Below, piece after piece: positions 28,418-41,590 of a stretch of DNA of 64,000 bases. The position numbers were made by a program, and so were the translations under genes. The stretch's first letter is position 1; each line of letters starts with the position of its first letter. This DNA comes from Octopus sinensis (taxonomy: Eukaryota), in NCBI RefSeq assembly GCF_006345805.1, contig NC_043017.1, positions 16,120,001 to 16,184,000 on the forward strand, written 5' to 3'. The notes below the pieces were generated by a model. It was not told the origin of the DNA, did no database searches, and was given only the letters and a program-made list of their open reading frames with translations.

Positions 28418-28896
28418 GTGTTATCCTGTACATTGTTTTGTCTTGGTATAAAAGATTGACAACAGCAAATATTCTGCTCAATACCACAGATTTGCTTATC
28501 AGTTGCTTAACCTTAACCAGTTGAGCACGTCCCTTAGTGGTTGACGATATGTGTATATCTGATCACAAGCAGATGTAGTGGGGGAGCATCATAGCCATGT
28601 GTTGAGAGTGATTCATTGGAAACATGGGTGTTTCGTTCAACATCCTTAAACAACCTTTATTCAAAGACCTTTTGAGTGGGATGAATTACTTGACCAGAAG
28701 AAAATTCTAACTGGGCCCCACCTGCAAGGTCATGTGCTGTTTATCTTGATATAAGATCGCGCACATATGGTTGTGATGCATGTGCCGAGTGTACCCTTAT
28801 CAGACGGGTAGTCATGATGGGTATACTGGGCTTTGTATATTTTACCCCAGTGTCACTTTGATGGCATGCACTGCTCTTTCACTCACTCACTCACTC

Positions 28897-28962
<66 letters not shown>

Positions 28963-29515
28963 CCCTGATGCAGTACCAGGCAGTGGCTCTCATGGCTTCT
29001 GATCTTAACTGATTGGATGTTTATGTCATTTATGTTTTGTCTTGGTATAAAAGATGGGCTACAGCAAATATTCTGCTCAATACCACACAGATTTGCTTGT
29101 CAGTTGTTTGACCTTAACCAGTTGAACATGTCCCTTAGTGGCTGACGATATGTGCATCTCTGATCACGAGCAGAAGTAGTGGGGGAGCATCATAGCCATG
29201 TGTTGAGAGGGATTCTTTGGGGTTTGAATAATTCACCTCTGGAAACATGGGTGGTTCTTTCAACATCCTTAAACAACCCTTATTCAGGGACCTTTTGAGC
29301 GGGATGGGCTACTCAACCTGAAGAAAATTCTAACTGGGCCCCACCTGCAAGGTCATGTGCTGTTTATCTTGATATGAGATCACCATGTCGCGCACATATG
29401 GTTGTGATGCATGTGCCTGGTGTACCTTTATCAGACGGGTAGTCATGATGGTTATATTGGGCTTAGTATATTTTACCCCAGTGTCACTTTGATGGCATGC
29501 ACTGCTCTTTCACTC
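28417..29515 (+). mobile_element. Two tandem copies (28417-28896, 28962-29515) of a non-coding retroelement, each bounded by (AAT)n
   Basis: Clear mutual similarity; same 3' end (ctgctctttcactc) followed by (AAT)n; different 5' truncation points. Confidence 0.85.
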
Positions 29516-29542
29516 AATAATAATAATAATAATAATAACAAT

Positions 29543-30091
29543 AAATGTCACCATCCTCTGGAATTTTCCAGTCAACACCGACAGAACGATCCAGGCTAAT
29601 CGACCAGACATAATTATTAAAGACAGGGACGAAAATACTTGTAGACTAATAGATGTGTTCCCACTGATAAAAACACATCTGTAAACGAATTTGACAAATT
29701 AAGTAAATATAAGGACCTGGAAATTGAAATGCAAAAGATGTGGTATCTCAAAGCGAGAACTGTTCCTGTTATTGTGGGTGTCCTAGGTATGATAAGAAAG
29801 GGATGTAAAAAACCTCTAGATAATATCCCAGGAGAACCACATCTCAGAGAAATCCAGAAGATTGTGCCGACCAGTATATGCTGATCAGATTGTGCTGACA
29901 AGTGCTGCCCACATCTTGAGAAAACCCCTATCCATTTAAATGGCTGTTGTATTACATGAAGATATTTCGCTACTGCCCCTGCCACTTCCCCTCCCCAAGC
30001 TTTCGATCAAAATGTAACATCTCTTATCCTTCACTCGCCCCAGGACGCTGGGTGTGTCTCGGCAAGTGATTGTAAGAAACATACATGTCAA
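29543..30091 (+). mobile_element. 3' fragment of an R4/Dong-clade LINE (REL endonuclease) within (AAT)n
   Basis: VTILWNFPVNTDRTIQANRPDIIIKD...CRLIDV / KLSKYKDLEIEMQKMW...VPVIVGVLG; (AAT)n on both sides, as known for Dong. Confidence 0.88.
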
Positions 30092-30153
<62 letters not shown>

Positions 30154-31879
30154 CACTTTTATTTTAAATATTTTTAATAATAAAAAGGAATTAAAAGCAA
30201 TTATTATTTTCTCGTTGTTGTCCTCATCCCCTCCCTCCTACACTTCCTCCACCTCATCATAATTTTAGTCGACTTGTTATCGACTTGTTGTGCCCCTAAC
30301 TATATATTACTTTAGACAATATTCATTTTGTTTAAATTGGCACAAAGTTACCAAATTCTTTGAGGAGAATATTGTCAGTTAAACCGACAGGTACCATATT
30401 TTATGACATTTCTCGAAGACACACACGAAAGGAAAATTAAAATTCGAGCTGGCTATGGAAGGATTTGAACTCAGAACATAAACGCACTTTTGACCGGCGC
30501 CCTACCAATCCTACCAATGTATTATATTTATTTCGGAAAATATTAGAACAAGATCTCAAAAAAAAAAAGAAAAGAAAAGAAAACCCATAAAAATCCTTTG
30601 GTAAAGGTCATCAGCTTTTTTTAACACATTTATTTGACCTTTTCAGTCACGTGGGAAAGAATTTTCGGAGTTGTGGTTTACCGTTTCTGTTTGAATGATT
30701 CATGACAGAATTATGGAACCATGAACGCCTAGTTTAAGACTCCCCGCCTCACATGCGCCCCGACACCGAACTGCAGACACCCCATCCCTCATCCTCAACC
30801 ACCCCAACCACCAACCCTACACACCTGACAATATTCATGATCTGGCAACCTTAGCAAAAACCATAACAACCTCAGCAGCACACTCTCACACCCCTTCCCT
30901 TTTAAAATAAATAAACAGATACATAAATAAATGCAAACATCTGTCTGCGAGCCAACGAGGAAGCACCTACGTGGTCGTGCGGTCTGCTGGAAATAGCAGC
31001 TATATTTCCTTCGATCCAAATAAAAGAATTTGGTGTCTTTGTACCTGTATGAAAAAAAAATAAGTAAAGAAAAGGAATATTGTCTGAAGTAAGATATAGT
31101 TAGGGACACGACATTGTAAGTTGATAATGAATGGAACAAAATGATGATGATGATAATGAGGAGGAGGAGGAGGAGGAGAAGGGGAGGAATGAAATGAGGA
31201 GGGAGTGGACAACGACGAGAAAACAATAATAATAATTGCTAGAGATTACTAGAGATAGCAGCTATATTCCATTCAATCTGCGCAAGAAAACAGATAATAT
31301 AGTCGTAAATAACTCAGATGGGTTAGTCAAGGCTGAAACGTCTTTGCTCATAGATATGTTCTACCAGAGCTGTTTTGAAAAACAACAACAACAACAGCAA
31401 CAACAATGACATTAAAAATAACAACAACAGCATCTGTTCAAAAGGTGTCACAACCAGGTGAGAATCGCGGGGTCTTGGTCTCAAACCTCAGAACATCTGT
31501 CGTTAATGTTGCGAAACATCGAATTTCCCAGACTCGATGCAACGCACGACCTAAATCAAAAGATGCTAAATAAGGCCGCGATCGAAACTTGAACAGCCGG
31601 ATTCCTGCATCTGACTTACTTTGAGCCTGACCTGTCCCACAGGGTGGCCATATACGGGGAACAGAAACGGACAACGTTATTTTCACTACTTCGTGCTATT
31701 GTGAGGGCTTATATTGGGGTGGGTATGTAGAAAAGGGCCTGTGGGGTGGATGTCCGCCGTGTTAGGGCATGTGTTTGTGAGTGCGTTTGTGTATATTCTG
31801 GTGAAACTCTTTGCCGGATTCCCAGGTGGGAAGGGCCGAGGCTGGGGGACTGGTGATTATTGTCACGATGGGGCAGAGC

Positions 31880-32370
31880 ACTTTTTAAGGTAGGGCCTGC
31901 ACTGAAGTCAATGACAAGGACATACGCTAGATATCATGGACGCTAGAAGAACCCTAATCTTCAGTAAGGGGTCAGCCTGGGCCAGACGCACTGAGGCAGA
32001 AGGCTCCTTCGATGTAATAAGGGGTGCTTTTGATGGTGCTGACATGTGTGAGCTCACTGGTTTTTTTCGTCTTGAGTTACTCAAACAGAAGCTCCCTCCC
32101 ACTAGTTTTTCCTCCACAGGGATGACTCACAGACAATATCAAGAGGGGTGAACGACCTCATACCATAAATTCCCTTAAGCTTAAGATCACGATAGAAACC
32201 AACTTGAAAACGGAGGATTTCCTTGATGTGACCCTGGACTTGGGGTCCGGTGCCTATAGAGACCCTTCAGGAATCCAAATGAGAGGCTATCACATATCAA
32301 CACAGGATCCTAACATCCAGCCACAGTGTTCAAAAACCTGGAGAAGGGCGTCAGCAGAAGAATCTGCGTT
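31880..32370 (+). pseudogene. PLE reverse transcriptase fragment (Naiad-like)
   Basis: ARRTLIFS...W...FDVIRGAFDGADMCELTG; LKITIETNLKTEDFLDVTLDL; HINTGS*HP. Confidence 0.8.
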
Positions 32371-32903
32371 ACCTCAATAAACAATACTTTACTATTTTCA
32401 GCCAAAGACAGGAAATAATTCAACATAGGTTTCTACCTTATTAGCTCTCCTTAGTAAAACATTGATCTAGCGAAGTAATGATGACAGAATTAATTATTAG
32501 ATGTATAACATTGTATAGAGGAACAGGTGTGGGAGAAATTAGCATATTTAAATATAAATTAATTACTGAAGTTAATTATTGAAGGTGGTGTGTGTGTGTG
32601 TTTGTGTTTGTGTGAGTGATTAATATCAGTGGTCTATTTATTTTTAATTAAATATTTGCTTGACAGCATAATTAATTGGTGTCACAAATCTATTTATGGC
32701 GGTGTTGGACGATGAGAGCCATCGTATGTTGTGGTCGATCGTAGCCAGAGGGAAGAACGAATGAATGTGTGTTTTAGATTGAAACACGAGTAGGAGAAGA
32801 GGTGGAAGAGGAGCGGAGGATGTCAATCGGGTACAGAGGCGTATATACACTGCGGTCTGTGACTTTTACACACACACACGCACACACGCACGCACACACG
32901 CAC

Positions 32904-32953
<50 letters not shown>

Positions 32954-32968
32954 ACACGCACGCGCGCG

Positions 32969-33012
<44 letters not shown>

Positions 33013-33139
33013 TTAGCTCCAAAACTGAAGTCAGTTCGATAAGTGCCATGCACGAAACTCTGGGTCGTTGAGTCCTTTTGTAATTTTCTGCGTGAATATT
33101 AACATATGATACTTGTTTCAAATTTCGGTACTAATCCAG

Positions 33140-33320
33140 CAATTTTAGGAGGAGGTGAGGGGTCAATCAATTACGTTGACCCCAGTGCTCAATTGGTCTT
33201 TATTTTATTAATCCCGAAAGGATGAAAGGCAAAGTCATCCACGGTGGAATTTGAACTCCAAACATAATGAGCGAAACCCTGCGAGGCATTTTTGGCCGAC
33301 GTGCTAACGATTCTGTCATA
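33140..33320 (-). mobile_element. SINE family A fragment
   Basis: cccgaaaggatgaaaggcaaagtc...ggaatttgaactc. Confidence 0.75.
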
Positions 33321-33377
33321 TACCCCAGCATGTATAAATTTATGAAGATGCATGTCTGTATAAGCATACATAGAATG

Positions 33378-33733
33378 GAGGAGCGGGGTTTAGTAGTAAA
33401 GGTGTCGGACTCACGATCGAAAGATTCTGCTTTCGATTTCTGGAGATGTGTTCTTGAGCAAAACCCTTCATCCAGTCCACTCAGCTTGGAAAAAATTAGT
33501 AATTTTGTGTCTAGGAAACCCACTGGGAGCGAAGGACCCTGGTCTTTGTTAAGGCATCCCTCTTGGTGAAGGCTGACACATATAAAACCTGCCGCTCTAC
33601 TTGGCTGGATATCTCGCCCTTTATCTTTGGGCTTCTTGGTATTGCTGGTGAGGGACGTTGCGGTGTTGTGCAACCCGCACTCCACTAAAATCCCTTTTAT
33701 GGGAACCGATTCTCTAACATCAGACAGCCACCA
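33378..33733 (+). mobile_element. Composite SINE: tRNA-like head plus RTE 5'UTR-like middle and RTE-like 3' end
   Basis: 33525-33600 matches 46115-46206 (-): gggagtgaaggac..ttgttagggcatcc..gaagg..ataaaacctg; ends in cagccacca. Confidence 0.55.
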
Positions 33734-33882
33734 TGTGTATGTGTGTGTGTGTGTGTCTGTCTGTATGTCTATCTGTCTCTCTGTCTCTCTGTCTCTCTCT
33801 CTCTCTCTCTATATATATTATATATATATATCTTTATAGCAATCTGCCTGTCTGTCTGTCTGTCTGTCTGTCTCTCTGTCTG

Positions 33883-33913
<31 letters not shown>

Positions 33914-33942
33914 CTAGCTATCTACTTGTCTGTCTGTCTGTC

Positions 33943-34033
<91 letters not shown>

Positions 34034-35027
34034 GTCTGTCTATCTGTCTATACTCCCCCACACACTTATGACACTTGGACATTTCCCGAGGGCGTTTTCT
34101 TCTCAATAAATACATAGTAAAGTGTGGGCTGCCATACCTACGTTAATGAGCTGATAATGAATTTTTAATTACATGGAATTATATCCTTAATGAGGAAAAA
34201 ACGTCTGGAGACACTTTGCAACCTCATTCCTTAAACAATGAATGGATTTCGCATAAACTACTACTACTACTACTACTACTACTACTGCTTCTGCTGCTGC
34301 TGCTGCTGCCACTGCTGGTGGTGGTACAACTGCTACTGGTGCTGCTGCTGCTAGGCGTTCTACTATGTTAGCAGCTGTGAGCGATATTTACTTTAATGAA
34401 AAGATCTCATGAGGCCGGAACATGTGCAGAGTTGTTCCACCCTGGCTGTCGTAGCTCAGATTCCCTCCTACTCACGCTGATACTCCTACCTTTTCATAAT
34501 CTCTGTTACCGTTGTTAAGGTTGATATTTTCTATGACTTTTCGCCGTTGCTTTGTTCTTTGAAGCAATTCTCATATAAAAAAATACACCTTCTAAACGTA
34601 CACACATGTGGCAAAGCCGCTACATGGAGTGTTTTGACCTCCATTCAACCAATCACATTGCAGAGTATGAAACTGGGTGGAAGAGTGGGCAGGAGACGTA
34701 CACACGCATGCGCACACACACATACGCACATCATACACTCATACATACATACATACATACATACATACATGCATACATACATACATGCATACATACATAC
34801 ATACATACATACTACACACTACATACTACATTATATATACTACACACATACATACATACTGACATACATTCATACATACATACATATATATACATACATG
34901 CATACATACATACATACATACATACATACATAATACATACTGACATACATACATACTACTGACATACAGCATACATACATACTGACATCCATGCATATAT
35001 TCATAATGTATATATATATATATATAT

Positions 35028-35072
<45 letters not shown>

Positions 35073-35352
35073 GGGGGAGGGGAAGAGATAGAAGCGGCTC
35101 CATGTTTGTTCACAGTAGGCCTGTTAACGCAAGACTATATTTAAAAACTCGAGGACGACGTCGAGATAAACGGCCTCCGTCGGGGCGTGGTGGAGAGTTG
35201 CTTTGTTCAAGTGGCAACACACAATGCATACAGCATAAGTTATCTTTTGTTTATAGCAACTTATATAATCACACACACACTTACGTCACAAATGCACAGT
35301 CACGCCCATTCGCCCGCTCGCTCACGCGCACACGCACAAATGCAACACACTT

Positions 35353-35452
35353 NNNNNNNNNNNNNNNNNNNNNNNNNNNNNNNNNNNNNNNNNNNNNNNN
35401 NNNNNNNNNNNNNNNNNNNNNNNNNNNNNNNNNNNNNNNNNNNNNNNNNNNN
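35353..35452. other. Assembly gap (100 N)
   Basis: Direct reading. Confidence 1.
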
Positions 35453-35481
35453 TAATTGCCTCTCTTTCTGTATGCATATAT

Positions 35482-35642
35482 ATACGACAGGCTTCTTTCA
35501 GTTTCCGTCTACCAAATCCACTCACAAGGCTTTGGTCAGTCCGAGGCTATAGTGGAAGACACTAGGTGCCACGCAGCGGGACTGAACCCGAAACCATGTG
35601 GTTGGGAAGCAAACTTCTTACCACACAGCTACACCTCCGCCT
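35482..35642 (-). mobile_element. SINE family B 5' part
   Basis: Reverse complement: ctgtgtggtaagaagtttgcttcccaaccacatggtttcgggttcagtcc. Confidence 0.8.
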
Positions 35643-35967
35643 ATCACAGCCACACCCACTGAGAATTAATTAATGAAATTATAAATTAATGGTTTATGAA
35701 CTAATTTCGCTTTTGTAATCAGTTTTCAATATTCTTGATGAGAAACCATGTGTTGAAACAGATTTTGCTGTGTCTTGGGGGAGTCATTCAACCAATAATT
35801 GAACCTGCACTTTTGTTATTGGCGTCATGACTCTCCCAAGATACAACAAAAGATCGTTTATGAACTGTTATGCAAATTAGACAGAATTTTAGCCGAGTGC
35901 AACATGGTTTGCACTATAAAAAGCTTCAGCTACAAATCTCTCTATGGATGGAAGATAGTGTTTTCTT

Positions 35968-36006
35968 TCCCCAATGAAGGTCCATTAAGATCAAAAACTG
36001 GTCGGA
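35968..36006 (+). ncRNA. Degenerate hammerhead relic
   Basis: TCC-CCAATGA-AGGTC cattaa GATC-AAAA-ACTGGT-C-GGA; architecture kept, core mutated. Confidence 0.45.
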
Positions 36007-36175
36007 TTTATACCATTATTTCTGTCCACAGAGAAAGAATCTCTGATGTAAATATTTACTTTACTCCTCGCTGCGATAACAAAAATGTGTTTATGGAGAA
36101 AGGTGCAACTAACATAAGAAATTATCGACAAAGCGTTCTGTGATGCTCAATGCTTTACTATGTTCTTGTTTGTGA

Positions 36176-36570
36176 GGCGGCGAGCTGGCAGAAACGTTAG
36201 CATGTTGGGCGAAATGCGTAGCCGTATTTCATCTGCAGCTACGTTCTGAGTTCAAATTCCGCCGAGGTCGACTTTGCCTTTCATCGTTTCGGGGTCGATT
36301 AAATAAGTACCAGTTACGCACTGCGGTCGATATAATCGACTTAATCCGTTTGTCTGTCCTTGTTTGTCCCCTCTGTGTTTAGCCCCTTGTGGGTAGTAAA
36401 GAAATAGGTATTTCGTCTGTCTTTATGTTTTGAGTTCAAATTCCGCCGAGGTCGACTTTGCCCTTCATCCTTTCGAGGGTCGATAACTTAAGTACCAGTT
36501 GCATACTGGGGATCGATCTAATCGACTGGTCCCCTCCCCAAAAATTTCGAGCCTTATACCTAGAGAAGAA
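36176..36570 (+). mobile_element. Full SINE family A (36176-36406) followed by a second partial unit
   Basis: Pol III A/B boxes; central gcctttcatc-tttcggggtcga-aaataagtaccag (Meta-domain-like, from memory); tail ...gggtagtaaagaaata. Confidence 0.88.
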
Positions 36571-36599
36571 AAAATAATATGTTCTTGTTTGTATATATT

Positions 36600-36892
36600 A
36601 CCGTCTCGACCAGACCATAGGGACGCCGTTATACATCGCTGGTCACGGTCCGTTTTCTCGCATTGTTATAGCTTTCGAACGATGCTACACCGCTGCTTAG
36701 CGCGAGCAGGTCGGCATAAACGCTGACCGGAACGCCAGTCCGTCGCGTGGGTGGCCCATGTACAGCTGAGTGGACCGGAGAAACGTGAGGTGAAGTGTTT
36801 TGCTCAAGAACACAACGCACCAACTAGTCTGGGAATTGAAGCCGCGATCCTCCGATTGTGAGTGTAGCACCATGACCACTAGACCACGCGCA
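36600..36892 (-). mobile_element. tRNA-derived SINE (family C-related)
   Basis: Reverse complement: GCGTGGTCTAGTGGT...TTCAATTCCC...gttcttgagcaaaacactt...gtccactcagctg. Confidence 0.75.
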
Positions 36893-36953
<61 letters not shown>

Positions 36954-37269
36954 AAGCTAAAACAAAAAAGAGAAATTATAGAGGAAATTTTGATTTTAAT
37001 AACGATGTCTAAGTCAACGATGACCTTCGCTGCTGGGAGTGAGCATGCGCAGTTGCACATATCCTGTGAATCAGTTACGCTTTATGCTTCATCTCACTAA
37101 CAAAAATTCCTCCTCTTCAAATCTGTATTTGTTGTCAGAGTGGAGATCAACTTTAATCTATCCATCTACTTCCAGGTATGTACTTATCTATCTGTCTGCC
37201 TGTCTGTCTACGTCTATCTTTCTATTCCTTTCTCCCTCTCTTCCTGTCCCTTTCTCTCTGTATGTGTGC

Positions 37270-37309
<40 letters not shown>

Positions 37310-37467
37310 CCACTCTACCTACCTACCTCTCCGACCTATGTATATAAATATAGATAAGTGCGCATGCATACGCACGGACAACTGAAGAAAACGGGTTTCA
37401 AATGCGTTTGTGCGTGCGTGTGTGTGTGTGTGCGTGTGTGTGCGTGCGTGTGTGTGTGTGTGCGTGC

Positions 37468-37531
<64 letters not shown>

Positions 37532-37644
37532 CAAATAGCTTGGAATTGCAATGACAGCCAATATTCCGCTCTGCCGGATGGAGAATGGGTGTCCTCATCG
37601 ACAAACCGTGGAACCAGCAAACATCACATATCAAAGCCAACACA

Positions 37645-37688
<44 letters not shown>

Positions 37689-38250
37689 ACACACACACAC
37701 GCACACATACATACACATACATACATACATACATACATACATACATACATACATAAATACCTTGAAATAAGAGAGAAGGGAAGTCAAACCATAAATGTAT
37801 ATAAGACGAAATGGTTTATGGCGAGATCTGGCCCATTATTGACGGTTCATTACCGAAAGTATCATAACGAATTTACCTCATCAGCGCTGCATGTCGTTAC
37901 AGTGTGACTGAGCATGCGCAGCGGGGAATGTTTGCGACCGCCGACGGACATCCGTTGCAGGTTTCTTGCTTCGTTAGTTTGGTGATGTGGATTGGTGTTG
38001 GAATATGTGAGGGGGGGTGAAATGGCGGATATTGGTGGGGAAACATACAGACACACACACAGATATGTGTGTGTGCGTATATATATATATGTGTATATAT
38101 ATATATATATAGGGAGAGACAGAGAGAGAGACAGAGAGAGACAGAGAGAGAGACTGACAGACAGAGACAGAGACAGAGAGAGAGATAGCATGTAATATGT
38201 GTATGTGTGTATCCGTTTATGTACGGATATATTCATGTGTATGTGTGTGT

Positions 38251-38756
38251 ACACGTTGTCCCAAAAGTTACTGATGGGTTTCAACTGTTAATAACTTCTT
38301 TAACTTTACAAGTAAATGCATGAAATGTTTGATACAGTATAAAGGACATAATGGAAATTAATCTGCATAAGTCAAATTTTGCAACACCATTGCATCACAT
38401 ATGAAAACTGACGTCGCTTAAATGGCAACCAATTCCGGCTTCGCACGCCCGTGCTCCGTCTCAAACCGGAGACCCTGGTGCAACTGAAGGAGAACATCAA
38501 TAGAGAAATCAGAGAAGTGGGGTCTGAAAATCTCGAGTGTTATGGTGCAAGTTTTGGAAAGAGCACGGGCGTGCGAAGCCGGAAATGGCTGCCATTTAAG
38601 CGACGTCAGTTTTCATATGTGATGTAGTGGTGTTGCAAAATCTGACTTGTGCAAATTAATTTCCATTATGTTGTATCAAAATTTCATGCATTTATTTGTA
38701 AAGTTAAGGAAGTTATTAAAAATTGAAATCCGTCAGTGACTTTTGGGACACCCGGT
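38251..38756. mobile_element. Tc1/mariner-derived foldback MITE with ~200-bp arms
   Basis: Arms ~38251-38456 and ~38561-38756; the interior and right arm read KPETLVQLKENINREI...ERARACEAGNGCHLSDVSFHM*. Confidence 0.85.
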
Positions 38757-38978
38757 GTGTGTGTGCGTGTGTGTGTGTATGTGTGAGTGCACACATGCAT
38801 GGTGGCACATACTCACACATCCATATACACTTATGGCACTCACGTATAATGTATGTATATATGAATGCGTGTATATATTATGGAAATATATATATATATA
38901 TATAATTATATATATATATTATATATATATATATATGTGTGTGTATATATATATTATATATATATATTATATATATGG

Positions 38979-39013
<35 letters not shown>

Positions 39014-39062
39014 CATACATACATACATACAACATACATACATGTTTATGTGCTTCCATATA

Positions 39063-39957
39063 GGAGGTGGTATCAAATAGTCCCGGACTAGTTCTGTAGC
39101 GCGCCAATAGATGGCAGCACGCGGTTGAAGGCGCAGTGAGAGCTAGCAATGACCTTTCTGAGGAAGTGTGCCGAGTGACTTCGCTTTGCAACTTGTGAAA
39201 TTTACGTTTTCGTGATCAGGTGTATGATGTAGTCTGCGACTTTTGTCATGGACAGGAAGTTGGAACAAAGCGCTGACGTGAAATTTTGCGTTAAACTTGG
39301 GAAGTCTGCTATTGAGACACTGAGCATGCTTTGGCAAGCTTACGATTATAAGGCAATGAGTCGTGCAAAAATGTTTTGAGTGGCACGGGCGCTACAAAAG
39401 CGGAAGGACGCCCCTCGATCTGGAAGACCTTCTAAGAGCATCAACCCCGAAAATGTGGAGAAAGTTCATCAGCTTGTGCCTGAGGATCGTGGGGTGACAA
39501 TGGACGACATTGTGAAGCGTTTCGGGGAAGACATTGGACGAAAGTGACCAGGTCTATGGAGCGCAAAGACCCGAATTCTTCATGACGACAATGCACCCTG
39601 TCACAGAGCTCTCCTTATTTGCGAGTTCCTCACCAAAAACAACAGGGTGTCGCTCCCGCACCCGCTCTGTTAACCAGATTTAGCACCTGCGGACATCCAT
39701 CTCTTCTCCATAAGGAAAATGCAGCTCGGAGGACGCAGTTTTAACACCGTTGTCGAGATCAAGAGCAAATCGCAGAAGGTCCTCGACTCGCTTATAGAAA
39801 ACGAGTTTCAGGCCGGATTCCAAAAGTGGCAGGAACGCTGGGACCAGGGTAGTGCTGCGCAAGGTGACTATTTCGAAGTCGATAATGTTAAAACTTAGGT
39901 AAATAAGATATTCTTCATTAAACATATCTATTCCGAGAACATTTTGAATCACTCTCG
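39063..39957 (+). mobile_element. Internally deleted mariner element
   Basis: TA-flanked degenerate TIRs; VKFCVKLGKSAIET, ILHDDNAPCH, PDLAPAD, FQKWQERW. Confidence 0.88.
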
Positions 39958-40160
39958 TATACACACAAACGCATGTATGTGTATACACGCATATATGCGT
40001 GTATATATATATATCTTCATGCATACATATATATCTGTTTGTGTGTAGGTATATGTGTGCGTGTGTGTGTGTATAACTATATCTAGCCATCTTGGAACTT
40101 ATTTAATGTAACGTTATGCATAATTCTTATTTTTTATTTACCTATTCAGCATATATATAT

Positions 40161-40211
<51 letters not shown>

Positions 40212-40294
40212 CATATGTAAAAAATATAGTTGTGTGTATATACATTTATATATACACATACATATACGTATATTATATATATATAATATCTATA

Positions 40295-40332
<38 letters not shown>

Positions 40333-40342
40333 GAAGAGAGAG

Positions 40343-40382
<40 letters not shown>

Positions 40383-41365
40383 AAGGCGAGAGAGAGAGAG
40401 AGACGAAAGTGAGACTGAATGAGATAGAGAAAAAGAGATGGAAAGAGGGGGAGAGGGGGGAAGAGGGGGAGAGGGAGGAAGAGGGGGAGAGGGAGGAAGA
40501 GAGGGAGGGAGGAGAGAATGCATCGTTGATCAGTTTATAGAAAATAGCAAATCAATTACTGAGGATACGATTTTGAATTTAGTAAACTTGTGTGTATGTG
40601 CGTGTGAGTGTACGTGTGTGTGTGTGTGTATGTGTGTGTGCGTGTGAGTGTGCGTGTGTGTGTGTGCGTGTGCGTGTGTGTGAGTGTGCGTGTGCGTGTG
40701 CGTGTGTGTGCGTGTGTGTGTGTATGTGCGTGTGAGTGTATGTGTGCGTGTGCGTGTACGTGTGTGTGTGTGTGTGTGTGCGTGTGTGTGTGCGTGTGCG
40801 TGTGTGTGAGTGTGCGTGTGCGTGTATGTGCGTGTGAGTGTATGTGTGCGTGTGTGCGTGTACGTGTGTGTGCGTGTGCGTGTGTGTGTGTGTGTGCGTG
40901 TGCGTGTGTACGTGTTTGTGTGTGCGTGTGCGTGTGTATTAACTGTGTTACATATTAAGGTAAAAGGATTTTGGATTAAAAATATTAAATTAAATCTAAT
41001 TATAATATTTATAAACAGGAATTCTTGGTCGCGGAACAAGTTGGTAGGAGTTGCTAGTTTCTGGATTAAATTATATAAGATAATTCAATATAATATCGTC
41101 TAATGTAATATAAAAATAACATAATATAATATAAGTATATATGATATAGATATAACATAAACATAATTTAAAATAAGGTAATATATATATATAACATATA
41201 TGATAATTTGTGTACCATATATAACAATCTGTATACTATATATAACAATTTGTAGACTATATATATATATATATATATAAACTTGTTTCTTAAACATTTT
41301 ATAAAACGTTGTAGAATTATTATCATTATTTCCTTATGAAATAGGAAGTTTAAATGAGATAAAGA

Positions 41366-41590
41366 GAGGGAGAGAGGGAGAGAGGGAGAGAGGAAGTGAG
41401 GGAGAGAGGGAGAGAGGAAAAGAGGGAGAGAGGAAGTGAGGGAGAGAGGGAGAGAGGAAAAGAGGGAGAGAGGAAGTGAGGGAGAGAGGGAGAGAGGAAA
41501 AGAGGGAGAGAGAAAGTGAGGGAGAGAGGGAGAGAGGAAAAGAGGGAGAGAGAAAGTGAGGGGAAAGAGGGAGAGAGGAAGTGAGGGGGT
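41366..41590. repeat. Purine-rich minisatellite, ~40-bp period
   Basis: agagggagagaggaagtgagggagagagggagagaggaaa repeated ~5 times. Confidence 0.85.

Noticed and set aside
36176-36270. tRNA genes
   Set aside because: The A/B boxes belong to SINE heads; no cloverleaf.
37845-37890. CTGATGA-GGTAA (-) near TTACC-GAAA (+)
   Set aside because: The two half-cores are on opposite strands.
37040-38030. NRF1-like GCATGCGCA and YY1-like AAATGGCGG motifs
   Set aside because: Short motifs with no associated gene; could occur by chance.
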